From a virus (lineage: Duplodnaviria; Caudoviricetes): a stretch of DNA of 56,828 nt. The stretch's first letter is position 1, and the number at the start of each line of letters is the position of its first letter. Shown here in pieces: positions 18,027-27,361 of this stretch. Both the position numbers and the translations under genes were made by a program. Below the pieces are notes generated by a model. The model made no database searches. It saw only the letters and a list, made by a program, of their open reading frames with translations, and was not told the DNA's origin. The stretch lies in IMG/VR virus record IMGVR_UViG_3300025687_000053, positions 1 to 56,828 of that record, one strand, 5' to 3'.

Positions 18027-18944
18027 ATGAGCTTATATCACAAGTACAGACCGACTTCCCTAGGTCAAGTCAAAGGGAACAAAGAAATCGTTTCTAGTTT
18101 AGGTAATCTGCTGAAGTCGCCAAGCACAATGCCACACACCTACCTCTTCAAAGGGCCGACGGGTTGTGGTAAAACTACCCTCGCACGTATTATCGCTAAG
18201 GAGTTAGAAATTACTGATGCTGATTTTGTTGAAATGAACTCAAGTGATTTTAAAGGAATTGACACCATTAGAGAGATAATTAGAAATGTGGCGTATAAAC
18301 CATTGGAAAGTCCTTATAGGATATACCTATTAGATGAGTGCCATAAGTTAACCAACGACGCCCAAAACGCCTTGCTAAAGACATTAGAAGATACACCTAA
18401 GCACGTTATCTTCATACTATGTACAACTGACCCACAAAAACTGCTAGCCGCCATATTGGGCAGGTGTCAAGAGTTTACTGTCAGAACCTTAACTGCCGAG
18501 GAGATGGTGAACCTCTTGACACGGGTCAGTCGTAAAGAAAAAGAAAAGGTTGATAAAAAGATACTGGAACAAATAGCCGAAGACAGCCAAGGTCATCCAC
18601 GTAACGCATTGCAAATACTTGAAAAGGTATTAGCAGTCGAACCAGAATTACGTGAGGATGTCGCTAAACAAACGGCGGAGGATTTGAATAAGTCTATTGA
18701 CCTGTGTAAAGCATTGATAGCTGGAAAGCCTTGGAAGGTTGTTAAGAACATTGTCAAGGACTTGAAAGATCAAGATCCTGAGGGTGTACGAAGGCACGTA
18801 CTGGCATACGCCCAAGCAGTACACCTTAACAAAGGGGATGCGCAAAGTGGGTTGGTTCTAGAGGAGTTTATAGAGCCATTTTACCATACAGGATTCCCGC
18901 AACTGGTTTTGGCTTGTTCACGTGTATGTAACGGAGGAGAATAA
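18027..18944 (+). CDS. dnaX: Clamp loader, DnaX gamma/tau-like AAA+
   Basis: LYHKYRP, GPTGCGKTT, LDECHKL, NALLKTLE, FILCTT, GRC. Confidence 0.9.
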   Translation: MSLYHKYRPTSLGQVKGNKEIVSSLGNLLKSPSTMPHTYLFKGPTGCGKTTLARIIAKELEITDADFVEMNSSDFKGIDTIREIIRNVAYKPLESPYRIYLLDECHKLTNDAQNALLKTLEDTPKHVIFILCTTDPQKLLAAILGRCQEFTVRTLTAEEMVNLLTRVSRKEKEKVDKKILEQIAEDSQGHPRNALQILEKVLAVEPELREDVAKQTAEDLNKSIDLCKALIAGKPWKVVKNIVKDLKDQDPEGVRRHVLAYAQAVHLNKGDAQSGLVLEEFIEPFYHTGFPQLVLACSRVCNGGE

Positions 18945-18945
18945 C

Positions 18946-19134
18946 ATGCCTATTCCAACGGACGAAACTGAAATCACGTTTGGTAAATATAAAGGAACCA
19001 AACTGGCAAACGTACCCGCTTCATATTTGTTATGGCTGTATGATAATAATAAATGTGGATATGAATTGAAAACCTATATAAGAAACAACCATGAACAACT
19101 CGAAAAAGAAGCCAAAGAAACAAAGAGAAATTAA
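18946..19134 (+). CDS. DUF3820-like small protein
   Basis: ITFGKYKGTKLANVPASYLLWL. Confidence 0.75.
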   Translation: MPIPTDETEITFGKYKGTKLANVPASYLLWLYDNNKCGYELKTYIRNNHEQLEKEAKETKRN

Positions 19135-19306
19135 GATATGGAAGGACAAAGATTGTCCTATCTGTAGGAGTGGTTTGCTTGGCGTGTGTGCGATTATACA
19201 AGAACCAACGGGGGTGACGATGTTCGTATTGAAATGTGATCACTGCGGACACGTACCAAAATCAAAAAGAGAACTAAATCAATTGTTGAACTTTAATGCA
19301 AAATAG
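19091..19306 (+). CDS. Small zinc-ribbon protein
   Basis: CPIC...CDHC. Confidence 0.55.
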   Translation: MNNSKKKPKKQREIKIWKDKDCPICRSGLLGVCAIIQEPTGVTMFVLKCDHCGHVPKSKRELNQLLNFNAK

Positions 19307-19309
19307 ATT

Positions 19310-19786
19310 ATGAACTATGAACGAGATGTCGAGATAGACGAAACCGCATTGGATGTGGAATGGTTAAACCAACCTGCACTTGCATTACGGTATGGGCGCA
19401 ACTGGGCGAACCTCAAAAAACAGGTAGCTCTCAAAGAAGAGGAAATTAAAATCACTCGCAGTGAGTTAATCAAAGAAGCCAACGAGACATTGGATAAACC
19501 AACTGGTCCGAACGTGGAAGCTTACTACAGAGAGCACAGTAAGCACAAAAAGTTGAAACAACAACTGATTGAACTGGAATATGACTGTGACATAGCGTTG
19601 ATTGCCAAACAGGAAATCAGCCACAGTAGAAAAGTAGCGCTGGAAAACCTTGTACGGTTACACGGACAGAACTACTTTGCTGGTCCAAGTATTCCAAGGG
19701 ACTTGACACGCGAGGCAGAACAACGCCAGTCACAACAAGATAGCGACGCAAAGGTTGCGCGCACATTTAAACGAACGAAAAAGTAG
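19310..19786 (+). CDS. Coiled-coil protein, possibly a UvsY-like recombination mediator
   Basis: IDETALDVEW..QP N-terminus, helical body, position before SSB and RecA. Confidence 0.55.
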   Translation: MNYERDVEIDETALDVEWLNQPALALRYGRNWANLKKQVALKEEEIKITRSELIKEANETLDKPTGPNVEAYYREHSKHKKLKQQLIELEYDCDIALIAKQEISHSRKVALENLVRLHGQNYFAGPSIPRDLTREAEQRQSQQDSDAKVARTFKRTKK

Positions 19787-19808
19787 TACTAATTTAAAAC
19801 GTAAAACA

Positions 19809-21089
19809 ATGGCTAAGAAAACAAAAAAATCAGCCTTTAAGAACAAGGTAGGCAACAACGCAAAAACAAGTGGGAGTGGCGGTAACCAGTTTGGCTATCT
19901 AAACTTACCAAAGGGCATTGAACAGTACAGTCCGAAAGGTGGTAAACGGGAAAAGATTGACATTATCCCGTACATCGTAGGTACGAAAAACCACCCAGAC
20001 AAAGACAGTGAACACGAAATCGCAATCAAGGGGGAGCCATGGTACAAGCGTCCATTCTGGGTTCACCGTAATGTTGGTTCTGATAAAGACACGGTGGTTT
20101 GTTTAAAATCATTTGGTGAGAAGTGTCCTATTTGTGAATATCGTAGCAAACGTGTCAAAGAAGGCGCAGACAAGGAGGAACTAAAGGCGTACAATAATAG
20201 CCTGCGGAACCTGTACTACGTTATTCCTAGAGGAATTAAAAAGATGGAGGAAGTGGCCCATGTTTTTGACATGTCTCAGTTCCTATTTCAAAACCTATTG
20301 AATGAGGAAATGTTAGAGGATGAGAATTACGAGGTATTCCCCGACCTTGAAGAAGGACTCACATTGAAAGTTCGTTGGACTGAGGAGAACTTTATGGGTA
20401 ACAAATATGCCCAAGCTGGAAGGATTGATTTTGAAGAACGTGAGGAACCAATTGATGAGGAGATTATGAATGAATTGCCTGATTTAGATACGTGTTTAAA
20501 GCGTATGTCGTACGACCAGTTGCAAGCCATGTTCTTTGAAATGGGTGAACCAAGTGAAGCCGATGAGTCTACTGGTAAGGAGGACGAGGATGAAGACGAG
20601 GATGACGCTCCTACACGAAAACCACGTAGCAACAAACCTGAAAAGGAAGAGGAAACCACAAATGATGGTGCGTTACCATTCAGTGATGACCTTGACTGGG
20701 ATGAGTTGAAGGATATGGATCTGATGGAACTGGTTGATGTTGTTAAGGCGAAAGATGAGTTGGAAGACATTGACGTAGATGATTATGACAGTGCCGAAGA
20801 GTTAGCCAAAGCCATCGCCGAGGAACTTGACATTGACATACCAAAGGAGAAACCCAAAAAGGAAAAGCCTAAAAAGGAAGAACCTGCCAAAAAAGAGAAG
20901 GAAGACAAAGGGGGTGCGGTTGATGTTGACAGCCTTGACTGGGAAGAGTTACAGGGTATGAGTAGAAAGAAGTTGAAGAAACTCATTAAACAAGAAGACC
21001 TCACAGAGGATGTTGACCCAGACGATTACGAGGACGACGAAGAGTTGGCTAAAGCAATCGCTGAGGAATTAGTAATTGATATTGATTAA
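19809..21089 (+). CDS. gp32-like single-stranded DNA-binding protein with an acidic tail carrying two repeated helical modules
   Basis: H...C.....CPIC zinc site; long D/E-rich C-terminus; repeats DLDWDEL...EELAKAIAEEL. Confidence 0.75.
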   Translation: MAKKTKKSAFKNKVGNNAKTSGSGGNQFGYLNLPKGIEQYSPKGGKREKIDIIPYIVGTKNHPDKDSEHEIAIKGEPWYKRPFWVHRNVGSDKDTVVCLKSFGEKCPICEYRSKRVKEGADKEELKAYNNSLRNLYYVIPRGIKKMEEVAHVFDMSQFLFQNLLNEEMLEDENYEVFPDLEEGLTLKVRWTEENFMGNKYAQAGRIDFEEREEPIDEEIMNELPDLDTCLKRMSYDQLQAMFFEMGEPSEADESTGKEDEDEDEDDAPTRKPRSNKPEKEEETTNDGALPFSDDLDWDELKDMDLMELVDVVKAKDELEDIDVDDYDSAEELAKAIAEELDIDIPKEKPKKEKPKKEEPAKKEKEDKGGAVDVDSLDWEELQGMSRKKLKKLIKQEDLTEDVDPDDYEDDEELAKAIAEELVIDID

Positions 21090-21092
21090 GTT

Positions 21093-21428
21093 ATGAATGT
21101 ACTTAGAAATAAGAACAGTACAAACAACGGTAAGAGATTAGTTGGGGGATACGTCCCCCAACATCTCTATCAAGCTCTGTATTTAAAGAGCTTAGCCGAA
21201 GGGGTGTCTATTAACCAGTTAGTAGAAAAATCCCTTACAGAGACCGTCGGTGACATTGTCACTATTCCCGAAATGGTTAATAAGATTATTGACCGCGCCA
21301 ATCACAGTTACCGCAACTTGAATACCAATAGCAAACGGAAATTCAGAAGCGGACTGCGTGCGCAACTAACTAACAAAAAAGTTGACGAGAGTATTATCGA
21401 TGAAATCATTAACGGTATTAAGTTATGA
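21093..21428 (+). CDS. Ribbon-helix-helix-like DNA-binding protein
   Basis: VGGYVPQHLYQAL...AEGVSINQLV. Confidence 0.55.
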   Translation: MNVLRNKNSTNNGKRLVGGYVPQHLYQALYLKSLAEGVSINQLVEKSLTETVGDIVTIPEMVNKIIDRANHSYRNLNTNSKRKFRSGLRAQLTNKKVDESIIDEIINGIKL

Positions 21429-22507
21429 GGAGAACCAAGAAAAAATTCAGCAGGACTAAAACAAATAAACCGTTATCGGCCCAAATGAAAAAACGGGTGG
21501 AACAACCTTTCGAACCTGTTGAAGATCATACCAATTACAAAGGCAACACAGAAGTGATGGTCAGTACTGGAAGCACCTTATTAGATTTGGCTATTAGTGG
21601 TAAACGTAAAAGAGGCGGTGGTGTTCCTGGCGGTATTATGTTGGAAGCCTTTGGACCTGAGGGTAGTGGGAAGACTGTACTACTTTGTGAGATGGCTGGT
21701 GCTATACAACGGTTACACGGAGATGTGAAGTTTAACGACCCCGAAGCCCGTTTAAATGAGCAGTTCGCAGCCATGTTTGGCGTAGACACCAAGGAAATGG
21801 AGATTGAGGAACCTGATACGGTTACAGATATCTTCAAGGCTCTTAACAAATGGGAACCTGAAGGGAATGGTAAGGTACACGGGTTGATGACAGATAGTTT
21901 GGCCGCCTTGAGTACCAATATGGAAATGGAGAATGAGGAAGGCGATAAAATGGGTATGCGCCGTGCCAAAGAGTTCAGCGAGGGTTTCCGGAAAGCCTGT
22001 AGACACCTAAAAAAGATGAACATCATTATGGCTTGCAGTAACCAGATAAGAGTTAAGAATGGCGCAAGTAAATACGAGGAACAGTTCACCGTTCCAGGTG
22101 GTACGGCGATTGCCTTTTATTCTAGTGTACGGTTACGCTTTCACAAGCCAAAGAAGATTAAGAAAAAGGTCAAATATGCAGGCAAGGAGGTTGAACGTAC
22201 CATAGGCGTTGAAACCAAAGTGGAGGTCTACAAAAATAGTTGCGACGCCCCTTATAGAACAGCCCCGTTGTGTATTATGTTTGATTATGGTATTGATGAT
22301 ATCAGGATGAACCTTCAGTTCCTAAAGGATTACAGCAAGTCAATCATGTATCACATCGACGAAGTACAGTTATCTAAGTCAATGGAAGAAGCTATTATGA
22401 TGGTGGAAAAAGGTCATTTGGAAGAGGACTTGAAGGAAGCAGTGATCGACCTGTGGCACGATATCGAAAACCGTTTTAAAGTAACGCGTAAAAAGAAAAG
22501 GAGATAG
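21425..22507 (+). CDS. recA: RecA/UvsX-like recombinase
   Basis: STGS..LD.A, GPEGSGKT, DPE, DSLAAL, NQIR, PGG.A..FYSSVR. Confidence 0.93.
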   Translation: MRRTKKKFSRTKTNKPLSAQMKKRVEQPFEPVEDHTNYKGNTEVMVSTGSTLLDLAISGKRKRGGGVPGGIMLEAFGPEGSGKTVLLCEMAGAIQRLHGDVKFNDPEARLNEQFAAMFGVDTKEMEIEEPDTVTDIFKALNKWEPEGNGKVHGLMTDSLAALSTNMEMENEEGDKMGMRRAKEFSEGFRKACRHLKKMNIIMACSNQIRVKNGASKYEEQFTVPGGTAIAFYSSVRLRFHKPKKIKKKVKYAGKEVERTIGVETKVEVYKNSCDAPYRTAPLCIMFDYGIDDIRMNLQFLKDYSKSIMYHIDEVQLSKSMEEAIMMVEKGHLEEDLKEAVIDLWHDIENRFKVTRKKKRR

Positions 22508-22508
22508 T

Positions 22509-22955
22509 ATGGCATTCCAAAACCAAATGAATCACAGCGGCGGGCGCAAAGTAGCAATGAACCCGATATCCCCAAAACAACGTCACGACAGAAACGTGCG
22601 TAGAGAATTAGCAATAGCGAAACAGGTACTGATCGGCTATGTGAACAAAGCATTGCAAGCGTATAATGAGCACGGTTGTGACAGGTTGGCAGCCTCGCAA
22701 ATGATTGATATGTATGAAAGGAAATACATTGAGTACGTCCGTAATCATAACGCCAGCAAACAAAGGTTCGCTGAATTGCGTGAGACAGATTTTAATGATT
22801 TATTAACCACAACAATTGAAAAGCATGAAGCGTACCAAACCTACAAAAGCAGTTGGACATACAAGTTCATCGAATGGTGGAACAGATCAGCCGTCGGTCA
22901 ACTTATTAGCATTAGACATCGCAACAAAGACGGGATGGAAAACAAGAACAAGTAG
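22509..22955 (+). CDS. Hypothetical protein
   Basis: ORF track; starts 1 nt after the recA stop. Confidence 0.65.
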   Translation: MAFQNQMNHSGGRKVAMNPISPKQRHDRNVRRELAIAKQVLIGYVNKALQAYNEHGCDRLAASQMIDMYERKYIEYVRNHNASKQRFAELRETDFNDLLTTTIEKHEAYQTYKSSWTYKFIEWWNRSAVGQLISIRHRNKDGMENKNK

Positions 22956-23331
22956 CGGGGTCTGGGACTTTAAACCCAACAGAGGAGAGAGCGAAGGCAT
23001 GCGTGTGGTACGTTTTAAAGCTCGTGTACGGGAGTTAATAAGGTTGGAGCGTATAGATGTAATAGCTTACGAAAGACCAGCTGGTAAACATAAAGCCAGC
23101 ATAATGGTAGCCAGTGAAATGATTGGTGTGTTGAAGGATTTGTGTAGTAAAAAGAAAATCAATTATGCATCCTATTCCGCAAGTGAAATTAAGAAGTTTG
23201 CTACTGGCAAGGGTAATTGTAGCAAGGAGTTAATGATACAAGCTGCAATCGATTCGGGTTACCAACCGCAGGATGATAATGAGGCTGACGCTATACACTT
23301 GTATAATCTAGTAATGAAGGAGTTATCTTGA
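22825..23331 (+). CDS. ruvC: RuvC-like Holliday junction resolvase
   Basis: LALDIAT.TG, IAYE, IKKFATGKGN..K, DDNEADA. Confidence 0.88.
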   Translation: MKRTKPTKAVGHTSSSNGGTDQPSVNLLALDIATKTGWKTRTSSGVWDFKPNRGESEGMRVVRFKARVRELIRLERIDVIAYERPAGKHKASIMVASEMIGVLKDLCSKKKINYASYSASEIKKFATGKGNCSKELMIQAAIDSGYQPQDDNEADAIHLYNLVMKELS

Positions 23332-23332
23332 T

Positions 23333-23632
23333 ATGATGTTAATTAATGCACTGGAGATAGTGTTTGAATTTAGGCACTTTCCAGAAGAAGAATTAAGAAA
23401 CCAGTACCCAGACGCAGTGACAAAATTTAGTTATGATGATTCACGTGGAAATATTAGTGTCCGAACACTTAACAACAAAGAGGACGTATTTGATAATCCC
23501 CACAGGGTTTTGATTCTAAAGTATTTGCCTGAATGGTTTGATTTTAAATTGTTTCGAATATATCTAATCCAATACCTAACAAACGATGATAAAGACACTA
23601 ACGATACGAAACTTCCAGAGTCACAAGCGTAG
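23333..23632 (+). CDS. Hypothetical protein
   Basis: ORF track. Confidence 0.55.
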   Translation: MMLINALEIVFEFRHFPEEELRNQYPDAVTKFSYDDSRGNISVRTLNNKEDVFDNPHRVLILKYLPEWFDFKLFRIYLIQYLTNDDKDTNDTKLPESQA

Positions 23633-24641
23633 CAAACTGGTATTGCATAAAGGGTTGAACGTTATCATTGGTGAAAGTGATAGCGGGAAGTCAGCTATAC
23701 TACGGGCTTTGCGTTGGGTAATTGCCAACAAACCATCGGGGGACGCTTATCGTCGTCGTGTGGGTGGTACTGTGTTTGATACGGATGTGAAAATTGTTAC
23801 GGATAACGGCACGGTGAAAAAGGTTAAGGGAAAGGGAGTGAACCTGTACCAGTTAGATGACCAAGTGTTTAAGGCGTTCGGAAAGGATATACCAAAGGAG
23901 GTGCAAGATTGTTTGAATATGTACGAAACAAACATCCAAAGACAGTTAGACACCCCGTTTCTGTTGAGTGATAGTCCCGGCGTTGTTGCCCAGCATTTTA
24001 ACAAGGTGGCGAACCTTGATAAGATAGACAAAGGACAAACCAACATCCAACGAGAAATCAGTACACTAAATAAAGATATTAAGTACATTGACGGGGAGAT
24101 TGAAAGTAAGAAAACCCAGTTAACCGAGTTCCCCAACCTTAAAATGCTTGACAGGAAAATCAAACAGGTTGAACGTAAGCAAGAGAAACTTGACAAGATA
24201 GATGACGAGGGTGTTGCGTTGCAAAGTTTAACTAATGACCTTAGCAACATAGAAGGGGAGTTGGTGAAGTATGGTGATGTTGAGACCGCCCTTAATGACA
24301 TTTATGATTTGATGGCGCTGCAGGATAGTCTTGGTGGTAAGATGGAGGATTACCACAATCTGAGTGATTTAGGCAAAGCAATAGTAAAGACCACCAACAA
24401 GATCAATGCCTTACAAAACACCATTAAAGCGGAAGGGGAGATAGACGAGGTGCTTAAATTACACAACAGCCTTAAAGAAAAGGACACCCAGTTATCGCAA
24501 TTAGAAAAACTATACAAGGATACCATATCTACAACAAAATCCCTCACAGAGGAGGAATTAAAGTTAGGTAAATTAGAGGAAGAATATCATAAGAACTTCC
24601 CAGACATTTGCCCATTGTGTAATCATACAACCAAACGATGA
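23586..24641 (+). CDS. sbcC: SbcC/Rad50-like ATPase, N-terminal half (Walker A, coiled coil, zinc hook)
   Basis: IRNFQSH, GESDSGKS, Q-loop, coiled coil ending CPLC. Confidence 0.85.
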   Translation: MIKTLTIRNFQSHKRSKLVLHKGLNVIIGESDSGKSAILRALRWVIANKPSGDAYRRRVGGTVFDTDVKIVTDNGTVKKVKGKGVNLYQLDDQVFKAFGKDIPKEVQDCLNMYETNIQRQLDTPFLLSDSPGVVAQHFNKVANLDKIDKGQTNIQREISTLNKDIKYIDGEIESKKTQLTEFPNLKMLDRKIKQVERKQEKLDKIDDEGVALQSLTNDLSNIEGELVKYGDVETALNDIYDLMALQDSLGGKMEDYHNLSDLGKAIVKTTNKINALQNTIKAEGEIDEVLKLHNSLKEKDTQLSQLEKLYKDTISTTKSLTEEELKLGKLEEEYHKNFPDICPLCNHTTKR

Positions 24642-24907
24642 AGAAATTAGTATATATCCTGACCGTACACGGTGACATCTACCGACCTCAAGAACCAAAT
24701 GTACAAGACCCCACAAAGGTTGCCGGGTATTATCACCCAGTTTGTCTGATTAAGAAATTATTATTTGGTAGATGGCAGATTGATTACTTCTGTCCAAAGG
24801 TAGCGTGTGTGAATGGTGGTATTTCGCGAGGTGATGAAAATACACCAAATATCAGACTCATACTTTACCCAAACGGAATTCAACAAATACGTTATGAAAA
24901 GGACTAA
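24638..24907 (+). CDS. Hypothetical protein
   Basis: ATGA overlap with the previous gene. Confidence 0.55.
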   Translation: MKKLVYILTVHGDIYRPQEPNVQDPTKVAGYYHPVCLIKKLLFGRWQIDYFCPKVACVNGGISRGDENTPNIRLILYPNGIQQIRYEKD

Positions 24908-25784
24908 AAAGAAAACCTTTAAACGAGCAGACCTCATATTGTGCGCTGACATACACCTTATGGAGAACAAACCCGTATGCAGAACGGATGACTTTGTTAC
25001 AGAGACACAATGGAAAAAGATGAATTGGTTATGTGAATTGCAAAACACACATGATTGCCAAGTGATGCACGCTGGTGATTTGTTTCATTATTGGAAGCCG
25101 AGTCCTTGGTTGTTGTCAAAGGCGTTGAATTATTTACCTATGAATATGATGTCTTGTTATGGCAATCACGATTTACCCCAACACAATTATGAGTTAAAAG
25201 AAAAAAGTGGTCTGTATGTTTTAGAACAAGCAGGAGCAATTCAGATAGATGGTGGTCACTGGGGTGCGGATGGTCCAGGCATTGTTGATATTATTGATGA
25301 GCGTCGGATTGGTATGGTTCACATCATGACATACCAAGGCAAAGAACCATATCCAGGCTGCACAGCACCAAAGGGGGCTACGCTATTACGCCAGTACCCT
25401 GAATATGATTTGATAGTTACGGGAGACAATCACAAACCATTCGTAGAAGAACATGAGGGGAGGTTACTGGTAAATCCTGGCTCATTATTTAGGACAACGG
25501 CTGCACAATTTGATTACAAACCCCGTGTCTATTTATGGTATGCTGAAACAAACACCGTAGAAGCTGTCTATGTACCAATAGAGGAGGGCGTAATTAGCAG
25601 GGAACATATAGAGAAGGTTGGAGAACGTAATGATAGAATCGACGCGTTCATTAACACCCTCAACGACGACTGGGAAGCTAAGATGAGTTTTGAAGAAAAT
25701 ATTGAACGATTTAAGGAAGAGAATAATGTAAGTGATAAAGTAATGAAAATAATCTATAAAGCAATTGACAATGGCACTAACTGA
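24894..25784 (+). CDS. sbcD: SbcD/Mre11-like metallophosphoesterase nuclease
   Basis: ADIH, AGDLFH, GNHD, GDNH, NPGS. Confidence 0.88.
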   Translation: MKRTKKKTFKRADLILCADIHLMENKPVCRTDDFVTETQWKKMNWLCELQNTHDCQVMHAGDLFHYWKPSPWLLSKALNYLPMNMMSCYGNHDLPQHNYELKEKSGLYVLEQAGAIQIDGGHWGADGPGIVDIIDERRIGMVHIMTYQGKEPYPGCTAPKGATLLRQYPEYDLIVTGDNHKPFVEEHEGRLLVNPGSLFRTTAAQFDYKPRVYLWYAETNTVEAVYVPIEEGVISREHIEKVGERNDRIDAFINTLNDDWEAKMSFEENIERFKEENNVSDKVMKIIYKAIDNGTN

Positions 25785-26019
25785 AAAAGACCTACTGAAA
25801 AAGAAACAGGAACTGGAGACTGCTAAGAGCACAGTTGCTGAACTTACTGGTGAAAAGAACACCCTGTTAAAACGGTTGGAAAAGGAGTACGGGTGCAAAG
25901 ATATCCGTGAGGCCCGTAAGAAAATCAAAACCATGCAGACGGGGGCGGAGACCCTTGAAAAGGAAATCGAAACCAAAACCCAAGAGATTGAGGACAAATA
26001 CTTTAATGATGAAGATTAG
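25771..26019 (+). CDS. Small coiled-coil protein
   Basis: Heptad-rich; lies between sbcD and the C-terminal sbcC half. Confidence 0.7.
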   Translation: MALTEKDLLKKKQELETAKSTVAELTGEKNTLLKRLEKEYGCKDIREARKKIKTMQTGAETLEKEIETKTQEIEDKYFNDED

Positions 26020-26620
26020 CGACATACGTAGTAAAGCAGACCGACTGCAAGGAAGGTACGACCAAATCTCACAGGACATCACCAACCTAAAAGAAGAACG
26101 TGTTGTTAAGGAAGAATCCTTACGATTACATGAGGAGGCTAAAACAGTTGTGCAGCAGGTTGCTATAAAGACCCAAGAGCAACTCCAATACCATATAAGT
26201 GACATCACCAGTTTGGCACTGGAGGCCGTGTTTCCTGAACCCTACAAATTGGAACTAAAGTTTGAAACCCGTCGTAATAAGACTGAGTGTGATATATTGT
26301 TTACCCGTGACGGACTAGAGATAGATCCATTAGAAGCTAGCGGTGGTGGTGTGGTAGATGTGGCTGCCTTTGCCTTACGAATAGCTAGTTGGTCACTATC
26401 CCAAAATAAAACACGCCCGACCATTATACTAGACGAGCCGTTGAAGTGGGTCAGTGAAGGTTTAAAGGAAAGTGCGGCAAGTATGTTAAAACAAGTGAGT
26501 GCGAAACTGGGTATACAGTTCATCGTCGTCACGCATGAACCAAAGTTAACCCAGTATGCAGACAAGATATTTGAGGTGAAGAAAAAAAGGAAAGTCAGCT
26601 CAACACGTGAACTGACTTAA
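26006..26620 (+). CDS. sbcC: SbcC/Rad50-like ATPase, C-terminal half
   Basis: Signature ASGGG, Walker B IILDEP, H-loop VVTHE. Confidence 0.85.
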   Translation: MMKISDIRSKADRLQGRYDQISQDITNLKEERVVKEESLRLHEEAKTVVQQVAIKTQEQLQYHISDITSLALEAVFPEPYKLELKFETRRNKTECDILFTRDGLEIDPLEASGGGVVDVAAFALRIASWSLSQNKTRPTIILDEPLKWVSEGLKESAASMLKQVSAKLGIQFIVVTHEPKLTQYADKIFEVKKKRKVSSTRELT

Positions 26621-26684
26621 TCCAAAACGATAACATGAGTATAAGGTAGGCGATAACAAATATACATTAATCACTTTTCTGAGT

Positions 26685-27158
26685 TTACAAAGTGCTCACA
26701 TCAAAACATGGACACTCTTTACGCCAATCAATTTTATCAATAATCCCATCCCCATTTATATCAGGTGAAAGGTCGCGGTGACCATACAAAGGAACATCGC
26801 CTCCAGGAATCATAGCCTGCAACTTTTTAATCTCTTCTGCCATCGCCTTTTTCTGTTCAGGGGTTCTGGTATCCTTAGCCTTCCCGTGTTTGTCTAAGCC
26901 ACCCACGTAGCAGATGGCTATCGTACCTATATTGAAGTTCTCTCCACCAAACTTTTTGAAGTTAGCATGGGCTCCTTGTCTTTCCAAAGAACGACCATCC
27001 TCAACCGTGCCATCGAGCTTGATTACTTTATGGTAACCAATATCGCTGAAACCCCGTTCTAAATGCCAACGCCTGATTGTAGATGCGTCTATGTCTTTCC
27101 CTTCATGGGTTGCAGAACAATGCACTACAATGCCCACATCAATTTTTCTTTTAATCAT
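26685..27158 (-). CDS. Endolysin, N-acetylmuramoyl-L-alanine amidase (Amidase_2, T7-lysozyme-like)
   Basis: VVHCSAT, IGYH, GAHA, ICYVGG, GHRD, K.CPCFDV; start placed at ATG 27158. Confidence 0.92.
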   Translation of the reverse strand: MIKRKIDVGIVVHCSATHEGKDIDASTIRRWHLERGFSDIGYHKVIKLDGTVEDGRSLERQGAHANFKKFGGENFNIGTIAICYVGGLDKHGKAKDTRTPEQKKAMAEEIKKLQAMIPGGDVPLYGHRDLSPDINGDGIIDKIDWRKECPCFDVSTL

Positions 27159-27361
27159 TTGGATTGGTTGTTCTGTTTCTGTTTCCGTTTTACTTCCCTG
27201 TGACCTACTGCTATCATCCCCCACACGCCCAGCAGCGCCAATAGGTAATTTCCTGTCACCTCGTTGATGGCTCCTGTATTTAAAAGGTAACCAACGGTCA
27301 AGGAAGCTGTCAAGCCAATCTGTGTTTTTCGTCCATTTAACCATGCTAATGCTTTTTTCAT
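27155..27361 (-). CDS. Putative holin
   Basis: Two hydrophobic segments, basic C-terminus, LNGRKT motif; adjacent to the endolysin. Confidence 0.7.
   Translation of the reverse strand: MKKALAWLNGRKTQIGLTASLTVGYLLNTGAINEVTGNYLLALLGVWGMIAVGHREVKRKQKQNNQSK

Noticed and set aside
25907-26005. Arg/Lys-rich N-terminus of the C-terminal SbcC half
   Set aside because: It is an alternate-frame read of the upstream coiled-coil gene; the likely start is ATG 26006 or 26009.
26635-26649. ATG after the CGATAAC motif at the convergence of the two arms
   Set aside because: The frame closes after four codons (MSIR); at most a gene remnant.
27159-27344. 60-aa N-terminal extension of the endolysin in the ORF track
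   Set aside because: It overlaps the holin in another frame. ATG 27158 gives an ATGA coupling and a normal-length amidase.
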